Shown in pieces: positions 20,204 to 29,197 of a DNA stretch of 64,000 nt (its first letter is position 1; the number at the start of each line of letters is the position of its first letter). A program made the position numbers and the translations under genes. The stretch comes from Patescibacteria group bacterium (GTDB taxonomy: Bacteria > Patescibacteriota > Microgenomatia > PFEM01 > JAHIFH01): the NCBI GenBank assembly GCA_035529375.1, contig DATKWU010000018.1, forward strand, positions 47,956-111,955, in the 5' to 3' direction. The notes beneath the pieces were generated by a model, which saw only the letters and a program-made list of their open reading frames with translations, had not been told where the DNA came from and did not search any database.

Positions 20204-21631
20204 TTAGCCCTTATCCTTTTGCGAGTCAAGACTTAAAGTTTCTTCAACTCCTGCTCGCCATTGTTGATAAATCTCTGGATGACCACAGGATTTTGATTCT
20301 TGACACTTACCTTTGTAACAACTAGGTCCAAGCTCTTCAAATAATTCTGGGTAATTTTTAATTGAAACCTCGGCAATCTGAAACATCCAATCACGACTTT
20401 CCCATTGGGCTCTATCACAGAGTCTTCGCTTACCAATATGAAGAATATCAGTGGCATTGGTCACTAAAAACGTAGGTACACTAATCATAACAAGAACCCC
20501 ATGATCAAGTTCTGGCTCCGGAAAACCCAACTCCCGGCCTTTTCCGATAAAAGCCTTTGATAAGCCCAAAGTTTGGAGAAATAATTCTTTGGCTCTGGGA
20601 TTGGCCTCAATTGAAGGCGGAATAACCACCTGATACCTTTTAGCGGCCTCCCAAATCGTCATTGCCCGTCTAATAGGAATTCTATGTCTCCTTATTTCTT
20701 GACCATTAGCTTCACTCATCGCTCCCATAACCAGAAAATGAGGATGTTCAGTCACAGAGGTATGGCCTGATTCAATAATATTCTCTAAAACCCTTAACTG
20801 TTCTTCTCTAGAAAAATCGGTAACAAATTCTGAAGGCGGTTTCTCCTGCCAGCAAGTCTTGGCCGCAACCGCCGCTCGGCCAACTGGATTGAAACTTAGA
20901 GGATGAACAATCACCTCGCCTTCATAACCATATAAATAAGCGGCTCTCATCTCTTCGATTCTCATCCGGTCCTCAAAACTAATTCCTTCTTGCTTAGCTA
21001 CCCTTTTTAAATTTTCAATCGTCATTGGTAACTCTTGACCTAAAGTTTGAAGAACCTCCTCAGCCATATCCCTCATCGCCTGATAGGGTGAATTCAAATT
21101 GTCAATGGCAAAATCAACTAATTTCGGTCCTTGAATGGTAACCACCATATTCGAATCAAAAGACCAAGGAAAAACATAACGAGCGTCTTCTTTAGGAATT
21201 CCCATTTCAACCATCTGATTATAAGCAGCCATTGCTTGGTTCGCTAATTCCAAAAATTGGCCTTCAAACTCAGTTCCCATAATGCATTTAGGAGGATGAA
21301 TCCTGCTAAGATCACCTTTTTCAATATTAATTCTCGCATAACGCCATGACTGGGCGCTGTAAACATCCCTGCCTAAGGTAATTAAATCATGGTCTAATCT
21401 TGGAATATGTTCCAAAGAAAAGCCAACTACGATTCCGGCCAAGGCTTGTCTTAGACCTTCAGCGTTAAAATATTTTTCCGAAACCATTTGTTCAAGAGTA
21501 TCTCTTAATTCAGGCGAACAGCCAATTTCCATCTCTTTAACATGGGCTTCTTCAGGAGGAAAAGGAGATTCGGCTCTAAGACAATAAAGTTCACCTAAAA
21601 GTGGCTCTCTTCCTAATTCTGGCGAGGTCAT
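20204..21631 (-). CDS. thyX: FAD-dependent thymidylate synthase, tandem two-domain form
   Basis: SAQSWRY and EDARYVFP in N-half; GHTSVTEH, QEIRRHR and RLCDRAQWE in C-half. Confidence 0.85.
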   Translation of the reverse strand: MTSPELGREPLLGELYCLRAESPFPPEEAHVKEMEIGCSPELRDTLEQMVSEKYFNAEGLRQALAGIVVGFSLEHIPRLDHDLITLGRDVYSAQSWRYARINIEKGDLSRIHPPKCIMGTEFEGQFLELANQAMAAYNQMVEMGIPKEDARYVFPWSFDSNMVVTIQGPKLVDFAIDNLNSPYQAMRDMAEEVLQTLGQELPMTIENLKRVAKQEGISFEDRMRIEEMRAAYLYGYEGEVIVHPLSFNPVGRAAVAAKTCWQEKPPSEFVTDFSREEQLRVLENIIESGHTSVTEHPHFLVMGAMSEANGQEIRRHRIPIRRAMTIWEAAKRYQVVIPPSIEANPRAKELFLQTLGLSKAFIGKGRELGFPEPELDHGVLVMISVPTFLVTNATDILHIGKRRLCDRAQWESRDWMFQIAEVSIKNYPELFEELGPSCYKGKCQESKSCGHPEIYQQWRAGVEETLSLDSQKDKG

Positions 21632-21665
21632 TCTGTCCTTTCTACTACTGATAACTGGCAGAAAA

Positions 21666-22121
21666 CTATTTCTTCTTTTGGGGTAGTTTAGTTAATTTAA
21701 TCTTCGCTTGTCTTAAAAGTTTTTTTGTTTCCGGATCAGGTCGATAGACTCGACGATAAACAATTTTTTCAATGCCAGCATTAATCAAAACTTTAGCACA
21801 ATTATAACAAGGAAGCCAGTTAACATATAAAGTCGAACCATTAGTGGAAACGCCGTGATAAGCCGCTTGAACAACAGTATTGACTTCAGCGTGAACTGTC
21901 CGAACACAGTGACCACCCCTCACCAAACAACCCTTAGCATAACAATCAGGAATACCCTTAGGGGCGCCACAATAACCAGTAGAAATAATTTTCTTATCCT
22001 TGACCAAAATGGCGCCAGCATGAAGACGTTGGCAAGTCGCCCGAGTTGAAACTAAATCAGAGATTTGAAGAAAATAATCATCCCAAGAAGGTCGGAAGTT
22101 TTTCTTTCTTTTGCCTGCCAT
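21666..22121 (-). CDS. dCMP deaminase (ComEB-like)
   Basis: RPSWDDYF, RATC, HAEVN, PCYNC. Confidence 0.92.
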   Translation of the reverse strand: MAGKRKKNFRPSWDDYFLQISDLVSTRATCQRLHAGAILVKDKKIISTGYCGAPKGIPDCYAKGCLVRGGHCVRTVHAEVNTVVQAAYHGVSTNGSTLYVNWLPCYNCAKVLINAGIEKIVYRRVYRPDPETKKLLRQAKIKLTKLPQKKK

Positions 22122-22199
22122 CTGTTATTTGATAACAGATAAAGAAAATCTTTGTCAACTAGCAAAAGATAAAATTAAAGAAAAATAATAGCAATATTT

Positions 22200-24164
22200 T
22201 TACTTTGGTTTTGTCCAAGAAGCCCAATCACATTTAGGGTAATTGGAGCAACCATAAAATTGTTTGCCTTTTCTAGTTTTCCTGACCACAATTTCCCCAC
22301 CACATTTTGAACACTTGACTCCTTTAAGTTTCGGCACATAAGGAGCCGTGTATTTACATTCTGGAAACCGGGAACAGGACAAAAACTTACCAAACCTGCC
22401 AATCCGAATCACTAGTTTCCCTTGTTTGCATTCCGGACATTTTTCATCAGTGACTTCAGTAGGAATTTGAACCCGCTCGGCCACTTGAGCTACTCCCTCA
22501 AGCTGTTTTTCAAAAGGCTGGTAAAATTCTTTAATGACTGGCACCCATTTTCTTTTACCATTAGCAATTTCATCTAATTCATCTTCCATCTTGGCGGTAA
22601 AATCATAATCAACAATTTCCGAAAAATATTCGACCAAAAAATCATTAACCGTGGTCCCTAAAGGGGTTGGCTGAAAAAGACCTTCTACCTTTTCCACGTA
22701 TTGACGAGTCTGAATCGTAGAAATGATGGGAGCGTATGTCGAAGGCCGACCAATGCCTCTTTCTTCTAAAGCTTTAATTAAAGAAGCTTCGCTGTATCTG
22801 GGTGGCGCCAGGGTGAATTTTTGTTTGGGATTAAGCTTAACCAAATCTAAATCATCACCTTTTTTAACTTCGGGCAATTCCATCCCTCCCTCTGGCTCCT
22901 GCCGATTATCAAGAATTAACCAACCAGCAAATTTAATAATCTTGCCTTCACTGGTTAAAAGATAAATATTTTTCTTAGAAGTGGCTTGGGTTTTAATCTT
23001 CGTTTTATCCCAAAGAGCGGCTTTCATCTGCGAAGCCAAAGCCCTTTTCCAAATCAATTCATAAAGACGTTGTTCTTCACGACCTAATTTTTCAGAAATT
23101 TTATTAGGCGCTCTTTGGATATCAGTCGGTCTAACCGCCTCGTGGGCCTCTTGAGCCACCTTGGATTTAGTTTGATAAAAATAAGGCTTCTCCGGAACAT
23201 ATTCCTTCCCATAAGTACTATTTATATAGGCGCGCATCTTTTCGACGGCTGACTGAGCCAAATTAAAGGAATCAGTCCGATGATAGGTAATCAAACCTTT
23301 TTCATAAAGACGCTGGGCCGCATACATCGTTCTCTTACTGGAAAAACCTAAACGCCGAACCGCATTCTGTTGTAAAGTGGAAGTACTAAAAGGCGGCAAA
23401 GGTCTTTGTTTAACTTCTTTTCTTTCAACCTCGTAAACCTCGTAATTAGCCTTCTTCAAATCATCAACCATTTCTCGAGATTGAGTTTCATTCTCAATCT
23501 TGACTGTCTGGCCATTTTTCTTAATTAATTTGGCTTCAAAAATAGGGGCGTCCTTTAATTGACCACCAAGAAGCTTCTTTAATTTAGCCCAAATCTCCCA
23601 ATATTCTTCAGGAACGAATTTTTCAATCTCTCTTTCCCGATCAACAATCAAACGAACGGTCACTGACTGAACCCGACCAGCTGATAAACCCCGTCGGATT
23701 TTGCGCCAAAGGAGAGGGGAAAGTTTATAGCCAACTAGCCGATCAAGAATCCGCCGGGCTTGCTGGGCATGAACCAAATCAAGGTTAACTTTCTTAGGAT
23801 CAGCCAAAGCTTTTTCAATTGCCTCTTTAGTAATCTCATGGAAAACAATTCGAGCTAAATCATCGGCTTTTCTTTTAAGAATATAGGCAATATGGAAGGC
23901 AATCGCTTCACCTTCGCGATCCGGGTCAGTCGCCAAAAAAATCTTCTTAGCTTTTTTAGCGGAATCTTTAATTTTCTGAATCGCTTCTTTCTTCTGAGGT
24001 ACCAAAGCATATTCAGGTTTAAAGTCTTTTTCGACGTCAATACTTAATTTCTTTTTAGGCAAATCCCGAATATGACCCATCGTCGAAACCACCTGATAAC
24101 CTTTACCCAAAAAGCGAGTTAAAGTTTTTGATTTCGTTGGTGACTCAACAATAATTAAATTCAT
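22200..24164 (-). CDS. topA: DNA topoisomerase I
   Basis: IVESPTK, ATDPDREGE, SAGRVQS, ITYHRTD, C-terminal zinc ribbons. Confidence 0.98.
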   Translation of the reverse strand: MNLIIVESPTKSKTLTRFLGKGYQVVSTMGHIRDLPKKKLSIDVEKDFKPEYALVPQKKEAIQKIKDSAKKAKKIFLATDPDREGEAIAFHIAYILKRKADDLARIVFHEITKEAIEKALADPKKVNLDLVHAQQARRILDRLVGYKLSPLLWRKIRRGLSAGRVQSVTVRLIVDREREIEKFVPEEYWEIWAKLKKLLGGQLKDAPIFEAKLIKKNGQTVKIENETQSREMVDDLKKANYEVYEVERKEVKQRPLPPFSTSTLQQNAVRRLGFSSKRTMYAAQRLYEKGLITYHRTDSFNLAQSAVEKMRAYINSTYGKEYVPEKPYFYQTKSKVAQEAHEAVRPTDIQRAPNKISEKLGREEQRLYELIWKRALASQMKAALWDKTKIKTQATSKKNIYLLTSEGKIIKFAGWLILDNRQEPEGGMELPEVKKGDDLDLVKLNPKQKFTLAPPRYSEASLIKALEERGIGRPSTYAPIISTIQTRQYVEKVEGLFQPTPLGTTVNDFLVEYFSEIVDYDFTAKMEDELDEIANGKRKWVPVIKEFYQPFEKQLEGVAQVAERVQIPTEVTDEKCPECKQGKLVIRIGRFGKFLSCSRFPECKYTAPYVPKLKGVKCSKCGGEIVVRKTRKGKQFYGCSNYPKCDWASWTKPK

Positions 24165-25249
24165 TTCTTTATTGAATATAACATATTACCCAAATTTTTG
24201 ATTTGACCCTTGATTTCCATCAAACTTATAAGCTTCATTACCTGACCAGGATCAAAACCTGATTCCTGGACAATCTCCTCAATAGATTTTGCCTGACTCT
24301 TAAGTAAAAATAAAATCACTTCTTCTTCAGGATTTTCAGCAACTATTTCCTTTAATCTTTTAATTCTAGTCTCTTTGTCAAAACCTAACTCTTCTAAAAT
24401 ATCATCAACCTCAAAAACAAGTTTGGCTCCCATCTTAATTAAATAAGCCGGACCAGCCGCATTTGGCGAAGTAATCGGACCGGAAACAGCAAAAACCTCC
24501 CGGCCTTGTTCGGCCGCATGACGGGCGGTAATTAAAGTCCCAGATTTTTTCGGCGCTTCAATTACCAATGTCCCTAAAGATAAACCAGAAATAATCCTAT
24601 TCCGGGATGGAAAACTGCCTGGCGTGGGTCTCACCCCTAAAGGAAATTCGGAAACAACTGCTCCATGATCCTTAGTAATCTCCTGAACCAAACCAAGATT
24701 CTCAGGCGGATAAACCAAATCCAAACCACAAGCCAAAACGCCAATTGTCCGACCACCAGCTTTTAAAGCAACCCTATGAGCCAAAGAATCAACCCCGCGA
24801 GCTAATCCAGAAACAATCGTCAAACCGGCTTTTACCAGTCCCTTAACCAGGTTTTCCGTCACCTGATAACCGTAATTTGTCATCCTTCTTGTACCTACCA
24901 CCGCCATTGCTAATTTGTCTCGAGGACTGATAGTGCCTTTACTATATAACACAAATGGCGGATTATCTGTCTTTTTTAAGCTTTCTGGGTAACGATTATC
25001 ATCTAGAAAATAGCACTCTATTTCATTTTCACGCAACCGAAGAAAATACGAATCTGGATTAAAGTCACGCCTGAATCTAACCAACCGAGAAGTTAATTTT
25101 GGTCCCAAACCAATCGCCAACAACTCCCCTTTCTTGGCTTGCCAAGCTTTTTTAGCCGAACCAAAATAATTTTTAAGAAGAGCAAATCTTTTAGGACCAA
25201 TTCCCTCAAAAGCCGAAAAAGCTAACCAAGACAATCTCTCTTCATTCAC
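24161..25249 (-). CDS. dprA: DNA-processing protein DprA
   Basis: VVGTR, IVSGLARGVD, RNRIISGLS, SGTLITA. Confidence 0.96.
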   Translation of the reverse strand: MNEERLSWLAFSAFEGIGPKRFALLKNYFGSAKKAWQAKKGELLAIGLGPKLTSRLVRFRRDFNPDSYFLRLRENEIECYFLDDNRYPESLKKTDNPPFVLYSKGTISPRDKLAMAVVGTRRMTNYGYQVTENLVKGLVKAGLTIVSGLARGVDSLAHRVALKAGGRTIGVLACGLDLVYPPENLGLVQEITKDHGAVVSEFPLGVRPTPGSFPSRNRIISGLSLGTLVIEAPKKSGTLITARHAAEQGREVFAVSGPITSPNAAGPAYLIKMGAKLVFEVDDILEELGFDKETRIKRLKEIVAENPEEEVILFLLKSQAKSIEEIVQESGFDPGQVMKLISLMEIKGQIKNLGNMLYSIKK

Positions 25250-25288
25250 CCTTCTAGAATAACATAAGAAGTTTCTTGCAAAAAAGTA

Positions 25289-25329
25289 GCGAGGTTTAAC
25301 GCTTTTCCATTCGAATGGAAAGACCTCGC
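25289..25329. terminator. hairpin containing perfect 18-bp palindrome
   Basis: gcgaggt...acctcgc outer stem; tttccattcgaatggaaa (25304-25321) is self-complementary. Confidence 0.45.
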
Positions 25330-25342
25330 AATAACGTACACT

Positions 25343-25774
25343 TTACGGGTGTAAACCGTTTTCTTGAACTTGAATCGAAACCAATTGGTTTGACGGTTGA
25401 TCTGGATGAGGATCTGTTATTCTCCAGACCAAACAGAGAAGAATCATAGCGATGACCCGATTCGGCTGGCAGTTGAGTATGTCATCTACTAACCAGAAGG
25501 CAATCGGATACGAAACCAGCCCGCTGATGAAAATGTAGAAGCTGGTTCTGGCTATGATTCTATCCGTCATCGTCAACCCAATGACTCCAGTCATGATGAA
25601 GAGGAGTGGGATCAAGATCATATAGAAAAGCACAGGCACCTCCCATAGGAGATGAATGCTAATCTCTCTCATCTGAACCCACCTCAGCCAGGTGCTGAAG
25701 ATATGATACTCGAATATCACAGCAGCACCTATCAGACTGAAGTAGTAGAGTCCCGCCAGTACCTTCTTTCTCAT
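25343..25774 (-). CDS. hypothetical multi-TM membrane protein
   Basis: Four hydrophobic segments; purine-rich RBS. Confidence 0.55.
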   Translation of the reverse strand: MRKKVLAGLYYFSLIGAAVIFEYHIFSTWLRWVQMREISIHLLWEVPVLFYMILIPLLFIMTGVIGLTMTDRIIARTSFYIFISGLVSYPIAFWLVDDILNCQPNRVIAMILLCLVWRITDPHPDQPSNQLVSIQVQENGLHP

Positions 25775-25789
25775 CTCTCCCCCTCTCCC

Positions 25790-26077
25790 TTAGTAGGAAT
25801 TCTTCACCATGAAATAGTGGCAAGCAGCCGCTCCCGAGGCAATGCTCGCAACAATCAGGACCATTCTCGGGATATAGCGCCAAGCTAACGCAGGGTCTCT
25901 TAGTATGAGGAGAAACAGGATTATTCCCATGGCCAAGAGTCCAAATATGCCACCCCACATGAACATTCGATATGGCGGCATTGGCGAAGGGTAACCTATC
26001 TTGTCTATCCTCCAGTAATTGAATGCTGCTACGAATAAACAACCGCCCGCGAAACCCTTCAGTAGATCCCAAAGCAT
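25790..26077 (-). CDS. hypothetical 3-TM membrane protein
   Basis: AGGAGGG RBS; three hydrophobic segments. Confidence 0.55.
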   Translation of the reverse strand: MLWDLLKGFAGGCLFVAAFNYWRIDKIGYPSPMPPYRMFMWGGIFGLLAMGIILFLLILRDPALAWRYIPRMVLIVASIASGAAACHYFMVKNSY

Positions 26078-26158
26078 GGTCCCCTCCCTCCTTTAGTTTA
26101 CTTTTGAGTGTGCTAAAATCTAATATAAATAGTATTCTATCAATTATTATAGGATTTG

Positions 26159-27832
26159 TCAATCAGTTTTAAACCAGACCTCCATTACTTCTTTGACAAT
26201 CGGCGCGGCCACATAAGAACCCTCGCCTCCAGCTTCTACTAGAGCGGTAACGACAATTTCTGGATCATCCACCGGCGCAAAAGCGGTTAACCAAGCATGA
26301 GTTCTGTCTTCAGGATCGCCAAATTCAGCCGTTCCGGTTTTACAGCCTACTTGAGGACTAAAATCAAAGAAAGGAAAAGCGGTCCCTTCAGGCGAACAAG
26401 CTTCTTTCATTCCCTCTTTGATTAATTTCAAAGTTTCCGGTTTTAGTTTTAAATCCACACATTCAGCAGTCTGATCTCCTTGTTTGATTTTGGGTGAACA
26501 AAGCTTGCCATTATTGGCAATGACACTGGTCATCATATTAACCTGCAGAGGTGTTGTTAACAGGTCTGCCTGACCAATGGCAAAATGATAAGTATTGCCT
26601 AAAAACCATTTTTCGCCAATGGTTTTTTCTTTCCATTCTGGTGTCGGCACTAAACCCTTAACCTCTCCTTTCAAATCAATTCTCGTTTCCCGACCCAAAC
26701 CAAACGCCTTACCCCACTCTGCTAATTTATTGGCCCCTACCCACTCGCCAATTTTGTAAAAGAAAGTGTCGGTTGAACGTTTAATCGCCCTGACTAAATT
26801 AATTTCTCCTTCGGTTCGACCGTATTGAGTGTAATACCAATTCTTGTAAATGTAATCACCAATCTGAATAAAACCTTGGTCTTCATAAACAGTTCCTTCA
26901 TCAACTTTACCCTCCTCAATCCCCGCCGCTACCGTCACAATTTTAAAGGTTGATCCAGGTGGATAAGCCCCACTAATGGCCCGATTAAACATGGGTTTTG
27001 ACTCATTAATTAAATCTTCAGACTTAATCTGATTAGGATCAAAGGAAGGCGAAGAAATGAGTACAATAACTTGGCCGGTTTTAACTTCAGTAACCACCAC
27101 GACCCCTGGTCTGCCTTTTAAGGCCTGGTAAGCTACTTTTGAGAGCTGGGCATCAAGGGAAAGATGAAGATCTTGACCTGGCAGAGATTCTGTCCGACCA
27201 ATTTCCCGAACCCGATTCCCGGCCGTGTCCACTTCATAGATAACACCACCATCCTGACCCCGTAGAATCTTCTCATACTCTTCCTCAATTCCGGTCCGAC
27301 CCACCAAATCACCTAATTGCCATTGATTTTTTCTGACTTCCTCTTCACTCGCCTCGCCTAAGTAACCTAAGACATGGGCCAGAGCCTGACCATAAAGATA
27401 ATCTCGACCGACATCTAAACGCAAATCTGCTTCCTTTTTCCCACCAGCCACCTCAATCCTCAAAGCTTCCTCACGACTAATTTCCTCAAAGCAATCCCCT
27501 TCTTCCAAATCACAATTTTCTTTTTTCAATCGGTAAACCGGTTTGTTTTTAATTAAAGGCTTTCCCTGACGATCATAAATCATTCCCCTGGGCGCCGGAA
27601 TGATTTCTTTTTTAATCCGATTCTCCTCAGCTAAAAGCCTATTTCTGGCGCCAAGAATAATCTGCAATTCAAAAAGACGACCAATTAACAATAAAAAACA
27701 AATAATTAAAAAACCATAGAAAAAATAGATTCTGCCTAAAGAAAACCTATTACCTTGTCTATTTTCTATATCTGATTCTGTCAGAAAAGAAGAATCAGGT
27801 TTAGCGGTGATATCTGTAGAAAGTTTCCTCAT
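26159..27832 (-). CDS. mrdA: penicillin-binding protein 2
   Basis: APRGMIYDR, PGSTFK (SxxK), KTGTAE; follows mreC-mreD. Confidence 0.92.
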   Translation of the reverse strand: MRKLSTDITAKPDSSFLTESDIENRQGNRFSLGRIYFFYGFLIICFLLLIGRLFELQIILGARNRLLAEENRIKKEIIPAPRGMIYDRQGKPLIKNKPVYRLKKENCDLEEGDCFEEISREEALRIEVAGGKKEADLRLDVGRDYLYGQALAHVLGYLGEASEEEVRKNQWQLGDLVGRTGIEEEYEKILRGQDGGVIYEVDTAGNRVREIGRTESLPGQDLHLSLDAQLSKVAYQALKGRPGVVVVTEVKTGQVIVLISSPSFDPNQIKSEDLINESKPMFNRAISGAYPPGSTFKIVTVAAGIEEGKVDEGTVYEDQGFIQIGDYIYKNWYYTQYGRTEGEINLVRAIKRSTDTFFYKIGEWVGANKLAEWGKAFGLGRETRIDLKGEVKGLVPTPEWKEKTIGEKWFLGNTYHFAIGQADLLTTPLQVNMMTSVIANNGKLCSPKIKQGDQTAECVDLKLKPETLKLIKEGMKEACSPEGTAFPFFDFSPQVGCKTGTAEFGDPEDRTHAWLTAFAPVDDPEIVVTALVEAGGEGSYVAAPIVKEVMEVWFKTD

Positions 27833-28260
27833 TGAAGTCTAAGTTGCTTGCGATCAATCCGACCAACCAAAAAGACTAAAAGATATCTGGCTCCTAAAGC
27901 CACCAAAGCCAAGATTAAACTCTCAAACCAGAACCAATAATGAGAGAAAATAAACCTATAAACCAAAGAACTAAAGAAAACAAAAACCGGTAAAAATAAA
28001 GGATAGAGTGAATCAAAACGCCGTGAATAAAGGGAAAGAAGAAAAACAACTACCAGGAAAATTAAACTCGAAAGACCAAGAGGCATACCCTTAGCCAAAT
28101 CAAGTAACAAACCTGAAAAAAAAGCCACCAGAAAAACTTCTTTAGTTGGCCGAAAGATTGCCCAAGCAAGAACTAAAAGCAAAACCAAATTAAGCCTTAA
28201 AAAAGCACCCTGTAAAATAGCTAAGAAAAAAACCAGAATTAGAATTAAATAGGGCTTCAT
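27829..28260 (-). CDS. mreD: rod shape-determining protein MreD
   Basis: Hydrophobic; AFFSGLLLD..G.PLG; position between mreC and mrdA. Confidence 0.8.
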   Translation of the reverse strand: MKPYLILILVFFLAILQGAFLRLNLVLLLVLAWAIFRPTKEVFLVAFFSGLLLDLAKGMPLGLSSLIFLVVVFLLSLYSRRFDSLYPLFLPVFVFFSSLVYRFIFSHYWFWFESLILALVALGARYLLVFLVGRIDRKQLRLQ

Positions 28261-29054
28261 GGTATGACCAAGAAAACAAACCTTAATGACGAATAATCAA
28301 GTAAAGGAGAAACTACGGCCTGCTGATAAATCTCGGCTGTGCCTTTGTTCACTTCCTTGATCTGACCAATGACTAAATCAGGCAAGTAGCCTTCTTCGCC
28401 AGAAGTGACTATCAAATCACCTTGACGAATATCTTCTTCTTGTAAAACCCGTTCCAAAACCAATTGACCCCCAAATTTACCAATCAATAAACCTCGGGCT
28501 TGAAAACCAGTGGCCCCAGGTTGTTTAATCACCACCGGTATTCTTGAATTAGGGTCAGTGGGTAACTGGACCAAACTTTCTCTTTCATTAACCATAACCA
28601 CTCGACCCACATAAATATTTTCTGAAACTAGATTCATGCCTACCTCAACCTCCTTACTCCTCCCTAAATCAATCTTCAGTTGTTCAGTCAAACCAATCAC
28701 CCTAACCATTTTAAACTGCCAAGCTGAAGGTAAAGATGTTCCCAAAAGTTTTTTCAAGTATTCGTTTTCCTCAAGGCAAGTAGTTAATTTATTTTGATCA
28801 AGAGCCAATTGACGCAATTCAACCTGAAGTTCAGCAATCTGCTGACTTTCATTTCGATCAGCCAATTGATTAAAAGACTGATTAACAGATTGATAGACTG
28901 AATAAAAAGGACGTTCAATAAACAAAAAAGGTCTTTCGAAAAAACCTGTCACTCCGGTTAGCCAACCAAAATAATCAAACAAAAAGAAAAAAATAGAGAT
29001 AAAAACTAGAAGTAAAAAGAAAGGAAAAATTTTCCTTAAAGAATCGTTACTCAT
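28257..29054 (-). CDS. mreC: rod shape-determining protein MreC
   Basis: TM + coiled coil EENEYLKKLL, GDLIVTSG, PDLVIG. Confidence 0.9.
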   Translation of the reverse strand: MSNDSLRKIFPFFLLLVFISIFFFLFDYFGWLTGVTGFFERPFLFIERPFYSVYQSVNQSFNQLADRNESQQIAELQVELRQLALDQNKLTTCLEENEYLKKLLGTSLPSAWQFKMVRVIGLTEQLKIDLGRSKEVEVGMNLVSENIYVGRVVMVNERESLVQLPTDPNSRIPVVIKQPGATGFQARGLLIGKFGGQLVLERVLQEEDIRQGDLIVTSGEEGYLPDLVIGQIKEVNKGTAEIYQQAVVSPLLDYSSLRFVFLVIP

Positions 29055-29197
29055 AAAAATATCTTAACATAGAATATTTTAATTAACAGGATAATGGGCA
29101 ATAAATTTAAATTCGCAACTAAAAAAACCGCAATCCTCCTCTCCAATCTCTTAAGACTCTAGATAGACAATGAAAATGAAAAATAATAGCAATTAAT

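Noticed and set aside
25659-26162. 167-aa ORF overlapping two membrane-protein genes
   Set aside because: Alternative frame; the 95-aa and 143-aa ORFs have RBSs and coherent TM patterns
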